A stretch of DNA of 64,000 nt from an uncultured virus (IMG/VR IMGVR_UViG_3300034110_001129) (lineage: Duplodnaviria > Heunggongvirae > Uroviricota > Caudoviricetes), in IMG/VR virus record IMGVR_UViG_3300034110_001129; one strand, given 5' to 3'. A model generated the notes under the pieces. That model worked only from the letters and a program-made list of their open reading frames with translations. It searched no databases and was not told the origin of the DNA. Shown here piece after piece: positions 10,512 through 21,577 of this stretch (the stretch's first letter is position 1; each line of letters opens with the position of its first letter). Both the position numbers and the translations under genes were made by a program.

Positions 10512-11084
10512 GTGCCAATGCAAAATTATGAAAGTGAATCCCTAGAGACGTTGAAGAAACGTGGTTATCCAAAGGAAGAAGCTATCAAGATTGTAGAAAA
10601 AGATCAATCGATCCGAAGAGGCAACCGTGCTATCTTTTTTATCGAAGGTTTTAAAAAGAACCTAACTGGGTTCCATGTTACTCAACTGTTTGAAATGAAA
10701 CATGGTTACAAATCGGTAGATGACGCCATTGAGTCGGTCACCAATACCAATGAAACCTATCTGGTTGAATTGAAAAATGGTCTGGAACAAGAAGTCAGTA
10801 ACCAAGTGGATCTTTTCCGATTCATGTTTGACCTGAACGGTGCTGTTTTCAAAGATGCTCAATGGCAGATTAATTCATTCCGTGGTGCTTTGAATGGTAT
10901 TAAGTCAGTTTCTGTTGCATTCCAAAACAAAGACAAATCAGTTGAATTTGTAGGTATCACTGTAAAAAATGATAAGCTTAAACTCAATGATAGACGTAAA
11001 AACACAAAGAAAGATGATGTTCGAGACACTTTCACCACTGGTGCAGAGTTACGAGAATATTTGACCAAAACTAAAGCCTCTTGA
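10512..11084 (+). CDS. Hypothetical protein
   Basis: 190-aa ORF, GTG start with AGGAG RBS, upstream TTGACA-17-TATACT promoter. Confidence 0.75.
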   Translation: MPMQNYESESLETLKKRGYPKEEAIKIVEKDQSIRRGNRAIFFIEGFKKNLTGFHVTQLFEMKHGYKSVDDAIESVTNTNETYLVELKNGLEQEVSNQVDLFRFMFDLNGAVFKDAQWQINSFRGALNGIKSVSVAFQNKDKSVEFVGITVKNDKLKLNDRRKNTKKDDVRDTFTTGAELREYLTKTKAS

Positions 11085-11095
11085 TGAGGCTTTTT

Positions 11096-11737
11096 TTAAG
11101 GTTTAAATTTTGGTTTTGCTTGAACAGTGTCTAGTTTTTCATCAACCTTGACAGCAGGTGGTATGAAGATATTGTTCAAGTAGAATTTTAACTCTTTGAT
11201 AGATTGCTGAATATCATCAAGACCTCTATGCTTGTTAGGCTTTTCAAGTTTGGCTGCAATCTCTGGATATTGTCTCCATGCCACTTCCTTAAAACTACTC
11301 ACATCTATTTTACGGTAATGCAGCATCTTCGCAAAAGTTGGCATCTGAGCATTAATAAAATTCTTGTCAAACCCAACATTATTACCACAAATTGGACTAG
11401 ATCCCGGTGCAATGTTGAAATCTTTGACATAATCCAACATCATTTGTTCAGCCATCGCTAATGAAAATGGTGAAACTTTTATCTTATCAAGCAATCCATT
11501 TTTGGTATGCATATCTTTAACGTAATCATTCATCAATGCTAGTAAATCAGCTTCTTTATGATGAATAACAATTTCGAAACCTTTATCAATAATGTTATAG
11601 TTAGCATCAGTAATGTGCATGCCTACTTCAATAATTTTGTGTTTGTGAACACCTTGCATGCCATCAGCTTCATCAAGTCCAGTAGTCTCTAAGTCAACCC
11701 ATATAAGTAAATCCTTTCTTAATTCTGTTGGTTCCAT
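11096..11737 (-). CDS. orn: Oligoribonuclease (DEDDh)
   Basis: LIWVDLETTGL, MHTKNGLL, SPICGN.V.FD..F, HYR.IDVSS.KE and HR.LDDI..SI.EL..Y motifs; extra basic tail. Confidence 0.93.
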   Translation of the reverse strand: MEPTELRKDLLIWVDLETTGLDEADGMQGVHKHKIIEVGMHITDANYNIIDKGFEIVIHHKEADLLALMNDYVKDMHTKNGLLDKIKVSPFSLAMAEQMMLDYVKDFNIAPGSSPICGNNVGFDKNFINAQMPTFAKMLHYRKIDVSSFKEVAWRQYPEIAAKLEKPNKHRGLDDIQQSIKELKFYLNNIFIPPAVKVDEKLDTVQAKPKFKP

Positions 11738-11799
11738 ATCAAAACCCCATGTGTATTATAATAATTTTACCATAAAAATTTTATATTAAAATAATAAGG

Positions 11800-12330
11800 T
11801 TACTTTTTGTCAATGTTCTCTATGTTGTCATATAGAATAAATTCAGCTCGTTCTATGGCATCTCGTAGCTCTATACGAATACCAACCATATCAGACTTTA
11901 TAATGTATCGTGTTTTCACAAACGCAATCTGATTTACATTAGTTTTATCATTACGAAGTTTAACAGCATCTTCAATAGTCAATTTTGACATGTCGGATAA
12001 ATTCAATCCATAAGGTTCATCGATATCCTTTAGAGTAAGGAAAGTCTTAGTATTATTAACGTAGTAACAAGGAAAACTCTCGCCAGTAACCAGATGATGT
12101 TCATGAACCGCATACAATTCGGTCAATTGAAAAATAACATGGTCCATAACGATTTGTGGATCTTCTCCCAACACACCATAAGGAATCGACAAAACATTAT
12201 TAAGCTTGAAGACATTATGTTCTTCTTTCGAAAAAGTAGCCCGCTCTTTGGATTTATTGACTTTAAAGATGTTCAATATTTTTTTGACAGGAGCATTTTC
12301 TTTCAACTGTATTTTGACAACGCATTCCAT
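11800..12330 (-). CDS. Hypothetical protein
   Basis: 176-aa ORF with AGGAG RBS. Confidence 0.7.
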   Translation of the reverse strand: MECVVKIQLKENAPVKKILNIFKVNKSKERATFSKEEHNVFKLNNVLSIPYGVLGEDPQIVMDHVIFQLTELYAVHEHHLVTGESFPCYYVNNTKTFLTLKDIDEPYGLNLSDMSKLTIEDAVKLRNDKTNVNQIAFVKTRYIIKSDMVGIRIELRDAIERAEFILYDNIENIDKK

Positions 12331-12561
12331 AGAATTCTCCTAATAGGCTAAGTATATTAACAAAAACAAAATAAAAAAACAATATAAATTAATATTAATA
12401 AATACTATCAAATAAAAAAATAAATTGAAAAATAAAAAAGTTTAAAAACTGTAATAAATAGTTAACAAATTGACACGATTTAAAATGTAAAAAAATTGTA
12501 AAAACTTTGATTTTTCTCTTTTTACTGATAACATATATATAAAAACAATAATTAAATAATT

Positions 12562-14349
12562 ATGAAAAGTAAAATATTATTAACAAGTGCTCTTGCTCTT
12601 GTTATCTCAAATACAATTCATGCTGCCTATCTTGTAAATATTCCATTAGAAGGTGCTAAAATTGTATTCGAAGATCCTCAAGTAACAGGCGACATTACAT
12701 TAACTCCAACCACAATCAATCGTGGAGAAAGCTCCAATATTATATGGAACTATACTTATGCAGACGAAATCAACATTGAAGATGTAGGTACTTATCATTC
12801 ATTAACAGGATCACAATCAGTGAGTCCAACTGAATCGACTGTTTATAATGTACTTATAAAGAGTGGTGATAAATCAAAAACTGAAAAGTTAAGCTTAACA
12901 GTCATACAACCTGACCAAAATATAGCATTCTCTGCCGACTCCTATCGAATAGGTTATGGTGCAAGCACAAACCTTAACTGGAATGTTAATAATGCTCAAT
13001 CTGTTTTCATTGACAATGGAGTAGGCTCACAAGCTTTATCCGGTTTACATAAAGTTACGCCACTTACCAATACAACCTACACATTAACAGCTAAAGGATT
13101 TACTGGAATTAATGATAAATCACAATCAGTTGATATCGTTGTAGTACCTGATGCAACTATCAATAGTTTTAGTGTTGATAAAGAAACTATAACTGTAGGT
13201 GATACATCAACATTTTCATGGAATGTATCAAATGCTGAATCATTAACACTGAATGGAGAATCAGTTAACAAAACAACAGGAACAAAACCTATCTTGTTTT
13301 CAACGACTGGATCTTTTCCATATATTCTTAAAACAACTAGTCTTAGTGGGACAGTGGCAAACAGTGAATCTAAAACCGTGAATGTTTACAATGTTCCATT
13401 TATTGCTAGTTTAACTGCAAATCCAATGGTTATTGATGCCGGTCAACCCGTTACATTGTCATTTGATACATCCTATTCTGTTTACAACGAAATTAATGGT
13501 GTGAATATGAATTCTAACTCTACTTATGTGGTTAACCCAACGACAACCACCACCTATACTTTACTATCAAGAAACCCAGCAAACAAAGAAGTGAAGAAAG
13601 ATGTCGTCGTTACAGTTCAAGGATGGAACCCAACTACTGCACTTTATGGTGAATGGACAAACGTTGCTGGTAAAGTCACATATGCTTGCGGGGTATGGTC
13701 ACCAAACCCAAGCACAATAACAACAAATACAACATTTACACAGACTGCAACATGTTCAACCGATCAAACGAGAACACGTCAAGATAGAGTAGTTTCAAAC
13801 GTTACTGGGGAAGTTAAAAATAGTGGTGCTGTTGTTAACGAGACTCAAACCATTGCACAAGGGGCGAGTCGTTCATATGGCGTAACCTTATCAGCATGGT
13901 CAGGATCAACAGTTTCAAGTTGTGCTTCATGGACACCAGATCCAAGCACAGTAAATTCAGGACAAGTATTTTCTCAAACTGGTGTAAGTTGTACCTTACC
14001 ACAAACCAGAACAAGAACTGAAAACTATATTGACCATGTAAGCGGAGCCAATATTCAAGTATCAGTTGTAAACCAAAATCAAAATTCAATTGTTAGTGGT
14101 GCTGGCTATACAGGTGGAACACGAAATGCAACCGGCACTAAAATTGTTCAAGAATGTTATCCTAAGAGCACCGCTTATCAATGGACATATGGTCAACTTG
14201 GCCCACAGCCAAATCAAATGGGAACACATATTGTATGGGCATCCACTGTAGTTCTTCACCAAATAGGTTATGGCCCATCATCAAGCGTTAACATAGGTAG
14301 TTACAACTATACAACGAATGGTTCAAATGTATGTAGACAGCCAATTTAA
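12562..14349 (+). CDS. Secreted Thr/Ser/Val-rich adhesin- or fibre-like protein with Ig-like and Cys repeats
   Basis: Signal peptide, repeated W.V.NA...I..TTYTLTA beta modules, two C..W.P.PST....F.QT..C repeats, Cys-bounded tip domain. Confidence 0.7.
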   Translation: MKSKILLTSALALVISNTIHAAYLVNIPLEGAKIVFEDPQVTGDITLTPTTINRGESSNIIWNYTYADEINIEDVGTYHSLTGSQSVSPTESTVYNVLIKSGDKSKTEKLSLTVIQPDQNIAFSADSYRIGYGASTNLNWNVNNAQSVFIDNGVGSQALSGLHKVTPLTNTTYTLTAKGFTGINDKSQSVDIVVVPDATINSFSVDKETITVGDTSTFSWNVSNAESLTLNGESVNKTTGTKPILFSTTGSFPYILKTTSLSGTVANSESKTVNVYNVPFIASLTANPMVIDAGQPVTLSFDTSYSVYNEINGVNMNSNSTYVVNPTTTTTYTLLSRNPANKEVKKDVVVTVQGWNPTTALYGEWTNVAGKVTYACGVWSPNPSTITTNTTFTQTATCSTDQTRTRQDRVVSNVTGEVKNSGAVVNETQTIAQGASRSYGVTLSAWSGSTVSSCASWTPDPSTVNSGQVFSQTGVSCTLPQTRTRTENYIDHVSGANIQVSVVNQNQNSIVSGAGYTGGTRNATGTKIVQECYPKSTAYQWTYGQLGPQPNQMGTHIVWASTVVLHQIGYGPSSSVNIGSYNYTTNGSNVCRQPI

Positions 14350-14503
14350 AAAACAAAAAAATATCAAAAGACCTTTGAAGAGGTCTTTTTTTATTTGTAT
14401 GGTATAAATTATTTTTAAGTCAAAGGAAAAATATTTTTTCTTGAATATTCAAATATCATGTTTTTTCTGATATGATACGATTAACAACAATAAAAATGAA
14501 TAT

Positions 14504-17500
14504 ATGAACCGTAAATTATTATTAACAAGTGCCATTTTATTGGCAATATATAACTCATCGTATGCTCAATATAGAGTAAATATTCCACTAGACCCTCAAA
14601 TAACTTTCGAAGATCCAGAAGTTCAAGGTGATATTGAACTAATACCTACACAAATTAATCGTGGTGAACAGTCTACTATAAAATGGGACTATAAGTATGC
14701 AAGTGAAATAAATATTGAAGATGTAGGCACTTATTCTACATTGAAAGGTTCAAAAACTATCAATCCACTTGAATCAAGAGGATATAATGTATTAATAAAA
14801 AGTGGCGACAAATCAGCTACAAAGCAATTATACATTACAGTTGTTCAACCAAATCAAAATATAGATTTCACGGCTGATGTATACAAAATAGGTGTAGGAA
14901 CCAGTACCAACCTTAATTGGACTGTTACAGGTGCTTCATCATTAGCGATTGACAATGGAATAGGTCAACAATCATTAACAGGATCATACAAAGTGACACC
15001 AGTGAGTGATACAACGTATACATTAACAGCCAAAGGATTTATAGGAATTGCAGACAAATCACAATCAGTTTCTATTATAGTAGTTCCAAATGCAACTATT
15101 AACAGTTTTTCAGTAGATAAAGAAAAAATAACCGTAGGGGATACATCTGTATTCAATTGGGATGTTTCAAATGCTGAAAGTTTAACGCTTAATGGTGAAT
15201 CTGTTAACAAAACGACAGGCTCAAAACCAGTTACATTTAATACGGTAGGAGCATTTGATTACAAATTACAATCTACAAGTTTAAGTGGATTAACAGCATA
15301 TAGTAATGTAAAAACAGTCAATGTGTATGCATTGCCAGTCATCTCAGCGTTTAGCGTTAACGGGAAATCGACTGTTGATGTATCACCAAGTGCAAGTTTA
15401 AATTTTAATTGGACAACAACGGATTCAAAAACATTAAAATTAAATACAACAGCAGTCACTGGCAACAATACACAACTAACAGCTAACACAAGTACAGGTT
15501 CAACTGTTTATACACTTGAAGCCAGTAATGAAGCCAATAAATCAGTAAGTAAACAAGTTACCGTCAATGTTATAGGTGATCCTGTCATTAATGCTATAAC
15601 ATCACCATCACCTGTATTTGCTAATACACCGTTTACATTATCATGGACAGGTAGTGGAATTTCAAAATATACAGTAAAAGCAAATAATAGTGCAGCAGGA
15701 ATTACAACATCAGAAAATGACGTAGAGACATCAACATCTCAAACCGTAATACCGACTACTGATGGATCTTTCACTTATACCGTAGCTGCTTATAACACAG
15801 CAGATGCTAAAAAAGAACAAACTAAAACAGTAATCGTTGAAGCTGATCCAACAATGAATCAATTGCTTGTTAATGGTTCAACTGTCATATCAGTAGCTCC
15901 TAATACAAGTTTAAATTATACAACACCGGGAATTAGTGCAGGTGCTGCATTGGTTGGTAGAGACAGCACTAATACAACAACAAGTTCATTACCTTCTACA
16001 GCATCCGCAACTGCGGGAACCACAACTTATTATGGAGCACCTACTAAGACATTAAACAGTATTCAAAGATTTGGTTCCGTAAAAAGTGTACAAGTTACAG
16101 TTGTAGCTGCTCCAACAATCGGAACAATTACAGCTCCTACTACAGTGTTTGCAAATGCCCCATTCACAGCATCATGGTCTGGAACAGATATTGAATCGTA
16201 TTCAATAAAAAGTAACAACGCCAGTTCAGGGGTAGCTACAAATGATACTGGAATTTCAACAGCAACATCAAGAAACATAACTCCAACTGCTGCAGGTAGT
16301 TATACCTATACCATTACAGCAACAAATTCAGTAGGAACAACAACAAGTAAATCATTCACAACTACTGTTGAAGCTGACCCTACATTTACTTCATTTACAG
16401 TTAATGGCTCTACAAGTGCAGTAGTCGCTGCTGGAGCAACACTTAATTATGTTGCGGGTGGTATTAGTTCTGGTGCTTTTTATCAGGGTAGAAATAGCAG
16501 TAATGATACTAACATAACGAACCCAACATCAGCTCCATCAACTGCTGGGACATACACTTACTATATGTCTGCTGCTAAAACAGTCAATAACGTTAATCGT
16601 TATAGTGCATTAAGAAGTGTGTCTGTTCGTGTTGTTGATCAACCAACGATACAGTATTTAACAGCAACCCCAGCTATTGTCGATGCTGGTCAAGCCTCAA
16701 CATTAACATTCAGCACAGCAAATTCATCTTACAACGAAATAAATGGTGTGAATATGGGATCAAATGCTAGTTATGTTGTTAACCCATCTGTAACTACAAC
16801 TTATACCCTAACTGCTAGAAATGATGCTGGTCAAACCACAACTAAACCTGTAACAGTTACGGTGCAAAATTGGACAGCAACCACACCCGTATATGGTGCA
16901 TGGACAAATGTTGCTGGTAAGGTGACATACGCTTGTGGAACATGGTCGCCAAACCCTAGTACTGTAACTACAAATACAACATTTACTCAGACAGCTAACT
17001 GCTCAACGGATCAAACAAGAACACGTCAGGACAGAATTGTATCAAGTGCTACTGGTGAGGTTAAAAATAGTGGTGCTATTGTGAACGAAAATCAAACAAT
17101 CGCTCAAGGTGCTAGCCGTTCATATGGGGTTACCTTATCAGCTTGGTCAGGCTCAACAGTTTCAAGTTGTGCATCATGGTCACCAGATCCAAGCACTGTC
17201 AATGCTGGTCAAGTCTTTACGCAAACAGGAGCAAGTTGTTCATTGCCACAAACCAGAACAAGAACTGAAAACTATATTGATCACGTTTCAGGTGCAAATG
17301 TTCAAGTATCTGTTGTTGTTCAAAACCAAACTTTAACAGTAGGTGGGTCTGGTTATGTGAATGGTACAAGAAATGCAACAGGAACCAAACCAGTAGAAGA
17401 ATGTGCTTATTCTACTTCACCAAAAACAGCTTGGGTAATTGTAACAGGCATGCTTCCAACAGGGGGTGGTGGTGTTGTTGGAACACAAATATTCTATAAT

Positions 17501-17620
17501 GGTGCTAATATATACAGTGGTAGTAGCTTAGCAACTACTATGAATGTTGGTGCATATAATTATACAAAATCTACTGCAGTCAATAGCTTAAACTTCTATG
17601 TATGTAGAAAACCGCTATAA
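14504..17620 (+). CDS. Longer paralog of 12562 with additional Ig-like modules
   Basis: N-terminal about 275 aa and C-terminal repeat region align with 12562; about 440 aa of extra modules in between; different tip. Confidence 0.72.
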   Translation: MNRKLLLTSAILLAIYNSSYAQYRVNIPLDPQITFEDPEVQGDIELIPTQINRGEQSTIKWDYKYASEINIEDVGTYSTLKGSKTINPLESRGYNVLIKSGDKSATKQLYITVVQPNQNIDFTADVYKIGVGTSTNLNWTVTGASSLAIDNGIGQQSLTGSYKVTPVSDTTYTLTAKGFIGIADKSQSVSIIVVPNATINSFSVDKEKITVGDTSVFNWDVSNAESLTLNGESVNKTTGSKPVTFNTVGAFDYKLQSTSLSGLTAYSNVKTVNVYALPVISAFSVNGKSTVDVSPSASLNFNWTTTDSKTLKLNTTAVTGNNTQLTANTSTGSTVYTLEASNEANKSVSKQVTVNVIGDPVINAITSPSPVFANTPFTLSWTGSGISKYTVKANNSAAGITTSENDVETSTSQTVIPTTDGSFTYTVAAYNTADAKKEQTKTVIVEADPTMNQLLVNGSTVISVAPNTSLNYTTPGISAGAALVGRDSTNTTTSSLPSTASATAGTTTYYGAPTKTLNSIQRFGSVKSVQVTVVAAPTIGTITAPTTVFANAPFTASWSGTDIESYSIKSNNASSGVATNDTGISTATSRNITPTAAGSYTYTITATNSVGTTTSKSFTTTVEADPTFTSFTVNGSTSAVVAAGATLNYVAGGISSGAFYQGRNSSNDTNITNPTSAPSTAGTYTYYMSAAKTVNNVNRYSALRSVSVRVVDQPTIQYLTATPAIVDAGQASTLTFSTANSSYNEINGVNMGSNASYVVNPSVTTTYTLTARNDAGQTTTKPVTVTVQNWTATTPVYGAWTNVAGKVTYACGTWSPNPSTVTTNTTFTQTANCSTDQTRTRQDRIVSSATGEVKNSGAIVNENQTIAQGASRSYGVTLSAWSGSTVSSCASWSPDPSTVNAGQVFTQTGASCSLPQTRTRTENYIDHVSGANVQVSVVVQNQTLTVGGSGYVNGTRNATGTKPVEECAYSTSPKTAWVIVTGMLPTGGGGVVGTQIFYNGANIYSGSSLATTMNVGAYNYTKSTAVNSLNFYVCRKPL

Positions 17621-17726
17621 TGTTATACAATAAAATTAAAGACCTTGCGAGAGGTCTTTTTTTAATTTTAAATAGCAATAGTCACAAGATTATGGTATAA
17701 TCATTCAATATTTTTGGAGACTGTCT

Positions 17727-18638
17727 ATGTTTGAAATCTACCGTAATCATCCTGATGCCAATTTTCTTTTGAATGTATTCAAAAATGACATTCAATTCGT
17801 TGATTATAAGGAAGATCAACAACGTGATAGACAAGATAGGGTTATTCAGACTGTATACAGAGCTGTCACCCCTGAAGGTGAAAGAAACCTTGAAATTATC
17901 TTTCCATCACAACATATGACAAAAGCAGATATCAAACATCACATTGGTACCTTATCCTTTGTTAGTAAGGAACCAAAAGCTCCCTGTCCTAATAAAATCA
18001 AAGAAGACAAATACAAGCTAGCTGACCTCTTTCGAAAAGTCTATTCACCCAACCTTGATAAAGTGGTTGAACTGGTTAAATGGTTTATTGATGAAGGTGA
18101 AAAATCATCAGTTATTGATGTTGTTGAACAATACCATTATTCAAAAAAAATTGAACAACATCTACTGGCTAATGAATATGATACTAAAATTACCATTACT
18201 GATATTAACATTTCTAAGGTTTACTTCAATAATATATTACAAAAAACTGAAAGTCATCTTAGAAAAAATTTTAAAACATCCTACATTAATGTTGATATTG
18301 TGTGGCTAGTGCATTCAGACAATACTATGCATCCTTATTTTAATGTGAGGTTGCCTTATTTTGAAACAAAAAAAGTTAGTTGTATTATGCCATTGGAAGG
18401 TAGTGATAAAATTTATTTTTATTATAATAATAATGGCCTTAGAATGGATTTTATAGACACCAGAACTTTTTACGATATCGAAGAAACTAATATTCGTGCG
18501 ATCTTTAAGCAAATGTTTGAAAATGAAGTAAGAAATGCAATTGTCAAAAAACTGAAAATCAATAAATCTGAATTGAAAGATTTATCCCTTGATGAATTAA
18601 AAGAATATTACATTATTGTCGAAATGACTGAAATCTAA
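17727..18638 (+). CDS. Family A paralog 1 (unknown function)
   Basis: Shared FNN.LQK..FK.SY..V.I..LVHSDNT.HPYF..RLPY..KK..C..PL core. Confidence 0.8.
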   Translation: MFEIYRNHPDANFLLNVFKNDIQFVDYKEDQQRDRQDRVIQTVYRAVTPEGERNLEIIFPSQHMTKADIKHHIGTLSFVSKEPKAPCPNKIKEDKYKLADLFRKVYSPNLDKVVELVKWFIDEGEKSSVIDVVEQYHYSKKIEQHLLANEYDTKITITDINISKVYFNNILQKTESHLRKNFKTSYINVDIVWLVHSDNTMHPYFNVRLPYFETKKVSCIMPLEGSDKIYFYYNNNGLRMDFIDTRTFYDIEETNIRAIFKQMFENEVRNAIVKKLKINKSELKDLSLDELKEYYIIVEMTEI

Positions 18639-18663
18639 ATAAATGATTAATACTGGAGTTATT

Positions 18664-19575
18664 ATGTCCCCATCACCTTATTACAATACTACAAAATCAT
18701 TATTGAACCGATTTAAGGAGCATTATTCTTTTGAAAATTTTAATCGCTCAGAAGGTATTAATTATAATCAGAATCTTAATTCAATGACGTATGAGTTTGA
18801 CATTACCAATCAGAACTGGAGAATTGATTTTACATTTAAAAACAATAATAAAACTAAAATTTTAAGTCAACAATATCAAACAAGTATTTCGTTTAAACAT
18901 ATTGGATACAATCGTCCAAGAAAAATGGAAATGAATGAATTTTGCCAAGAAGCGAGTAAAAAAATAAACGAAATTTACCAACCTGATTTCCGTCTTCCAA
19001 TGAATGTCATTAATTGGTTTGTTGAAGAAGGTAAACGTAACAATGCTATACAACAAACTCAATCACTGTGTTATCAACCAGAATTAGAGAGCCATCTTAC
19101 TATTGATAGTCACTGTCATGGACAAACATGTTTTATCGAAAAAAAGGTGATGCAAATCACCCACGACACATTAGTTCAAGATGGAAAAGGCTATCAAAAT
19201 AAGTATTACAAGAAATCAATACTCAGAATGGAAATTGTGTTCATGATTCATTCTGACAACACGCTTCATCCTTATTTTAAACTAATGTTACCTTATAACG
19301 CAGATAAAAAAATAACCTGTTTCTTCCCTTTTGAAGATAAAACAAAAGTTATCTTACTTGAAAAAGATAAAGTGTTGAAAAAACAGTTTATTGACACTTT
19401 AACAGCGTCCGTTTACGATGAAAATCAATTTAAAATCTATTTTAATCATTTTTTCAAAAAAGAAGTAGTAACAGGTATTGCAAAAAAACTTGAAATCGAC
19501 AAATCTGAACTTATTGAGTTGCCAGAAGAAAAACTTGATGAATATTTAACTGTTGTAAACATGTTAAGAATTTAA
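18664..19575 (+). CDS. Family A paralog 2
   Basis: HSDNTLHPYFKLMLPY core; start moved to the ATG after GGAG. Confidence 0.8.
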   Translation: MSPSPYYNTTKSLLNRFKEHYSFENFNRSEGINYNQNLNSMTYEFDITNQNWRIDFTFKNNNKTKILSQQYQTSISFKHIGYNRPRKMEMNEFCQEASKKINEIYQPDFRLPMNVINWFVEEGKRNNAIQQTQSLCYQPELESHLTIDSHCHGQTCFIEKKVMQITHDTLVQDGKGYQNKYYKKSILRMEIVFMIHSDNTLHPYFKLMLPYNADKKITCFFPFEDKTKVILLEKDKVLKKQFIDTLTASVYDENQFKIYFNHFFKKEVVTGIAKKLEIDKSELIELPEEKLDEYLTVVNMLRI

Positions 19576-19633
19576 ATCATGGTAATTATGGTTTTTTGTG
19601 ATAATATTAAAAGATAAATAATAGGAGATTACT

Positions 19634-20557
19634 GTGTTTAAAGAAGGTTCCAATCGTATAGAAATGAATAAAGTCGTTGAACAGTTTTCGCCTGTCTTAA
19701 AATGTACACATTTTGAAGAAAGTGATGATCGAAATTTTGCGGTCTTCAATTACATTGCGACGAATGATGATGGCTGGGGTATTTCAGCCTATTTTGATGG
19801 TTTTGACTTAACCACTAAGACAGGAAGGTATTATTATCCACGATTTGAATTTGAAAAAAATAAAGAAAAACGATTTAAACAGAAATCAAATAATTATACA
19901 GGTCAAGCTGATGATGCTATTCAAGCTGATAAAATTATGAATCACTTTCATGATTTATATCAACCTAATTTTGATCGAGCGTTTGAAGTGATTGATACAT
20001 TCTTAGAACAAGGTGTTTCTCTAGGTATTTACAATGATGTTAAAAAAATGCCACATGATAAACATAGCAGCAGTCAATTTTATCGTTATGAAGATGATAA
20101 AGGATACAATCGTCTCTTTTTTAACAGTAAAGTCTTTGCTAAAATAACCTTTAACAATGTGCTTCAAACATTGAGATCAGGTCAAACCAAGTTCAAGAAA
20201 TCTCATTTAAGCATAGATATCGTCTATTTAGTGAGTTCTAATGACACAATGAGTCCTTATTTTAAAATACGCTTGCCATATTCAGCACACAAAAAAATTA
20301 ATTGCATTCTCTCCTTTGATGGAGAAAAAATGTATCTTGTCAGCGAAGATGAACATTTAAAGAAAGATTTTATTAATAACTTAAAACAATATCCAACAGA
20401 TAAAGAGTCATTGTCTTTATTCTTCAAAGAAGAATTCAAAAAAGAAATAATAAGTGTAGTCTCAAAAACACTTAAAATTAAAAAAAATGATCTAGTAAAA
20501 CTAACAGATGAAGAACTTAGAAATCATTTTATATTGATTGAAATGATTAAATTGTAA
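19634..20557 (+). CDS. Family A paralog 3
   Basis: FNNVLQ...FKKSHLSIDIV.LV.S.DT..PYFKIRLPYS core; GTG start, AGGAG RBS. Confidence 0.8.
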   Translation: MFKEGSNRIEMNKVVEQFSPVLKCTHFEESDDRNFAVFNYIATNDDGWGISAYFDGFDLTTKTGRYYYPRFEFEKNKEKRFKQKSNNYTGQADDAIQADKIMNHFHDLYQPNFDRAFEVIDTFLEQGVSLGIYNDVKKMPHDKHSSSQFYRYEDDKGYNRLFFNSKVFAKITFNNVLQTLRSGQTKFKKSHLSIDIVYLVSSNDTMSPYFKIRLPYSAHKKINCILSFDGEKMYLVSEDEHLKKDFINNLKQYPTDKESLSLFFKEEFKKEIISVVSKTLKIKKNDLVKLTDEELRNHFILIEMIKL

Positions 20558-20628
20558 TATTAAATGTAAAAAGACTTCCAGCAAGTCTTTTTTTATGATA
20601 TACTTTCTAAATATTTTTGGAGTATATT

Positions 20629-21558
20629 ATGTTTCCTACTGCTTACCCTAATCACCTTGAAGCCAATTATATTGCAGCTTCATTTTCAAAGTTTTTTAAC
20701 TTCGTTGAATTTAATGTCAACGTAACAGTTCAAGAAAAACTTGAAACATGTGTCACCACCTACACGGCCAAAGGCAATGATAATTGGGATCTAATTATCG
20801 AATTTTGCAATGGACTTAGCACTGACGCCACCGAAAAACAATATTCAGCCAATATAAAATTTCATAGATGCGGAGAACGATCTCAGAACTATGATGACTC
20901 ATTGGTAAGAGAGAGAAGAAAAAAATATAAAGATCTACTGACGTATATGACAACGCTTTATAGTCCTAATTTTGATAATATGGTTAATGTCCTTAAACTA
21001 TTCTTTGATCGTGGTGTGTCTGCTGGTTTGTTTAAAACACTGACAGAAAGGAAATACCAGAAAATCATCAAATCACATTTCAAAATCAATCATTATCATG
21101 GTTCAATTCATCGTTCTGATAACAATTATGGTACCATTTCTTTTAATAAGCTTATCCAAAAAGGAACAAGAGGTTACAATGGCACTTATTTTAAAGACTC
21201 TTATATGAGTGTGAGTATCGAATATCTCGTACATTCTGATAACACGGTTCATCCTTATTTTAGAATAAGACTTCCATATTCATCTACCAAAAAAGGCACT
21301 TGCATTATGCCATTATCGGGTGAGCCAATCATTTACTTCATGCCAAATGATGACCGTCTTAAAAAAGGCTGTATTGATCAAATGACTTCAATGTCTAATG
21401 ATGAAGATACATTAACAGTATTCTTTGATGAAGAATTTAATAAATCAGTAAAAAATGCCATTTCATCAACATTAAATATCAGTAAGTCTGAATTATCTGG
21501 TTTGTCTATTGATGAATTAAAAGAATATTTTCTTATTGTAGAAATGCTTAAAGTTTAA
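20629..21558 (+). CDS. Family A paralog 4
   Basis: LVHSDNTVHPYFRIRLPYS core; start moved to the ATG after GGAG. Confidence 0.8.
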   Translation: MFPTAYPNHLEANYIAASFSKFFNFVEFNVNVTVQEKLETCVTTYTAKGNDNWDLIIEFCNGLSTDATEKQYSANIKFHRCGERSQNYDDSLVRERRKKYKDLLTYMTTLYSPNFDNMVNVLKLFFDRGVSAGLFKTLTERKYQKIIKSHFKINHYHGSIHRSDNNYGTISFNKLIQKGTRGYNGTYFKDSYMSVSIEYLVHSDNTVHPYFRIRLPYSSTKKGTCIMPLSGEPIIYFMPNDDRLKKGCIDQMTSMSNDEDTLTVFFDEEFNKSVKNAISSTLNISKSELSGLSIDELKEYFLIVEMLKV

Positions 21559-21577
21559 TTGTTGTAGGAGAATATGA

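Noticed and set aside
12331..12561. Very A-rich intergenic tract as a replication origin
   Set aside because: No iterons, DnaA-box cluster or adjacent rep gene; explained by divergent promoters.
12562..17620. Diversity-generating retroelement or shufflon acting on adhesin tips
   Set aside because: No reverse transcriptase, recombinase, template repeat or adenine-specific variation is visible; the paralogs differ at many synonymous sites.
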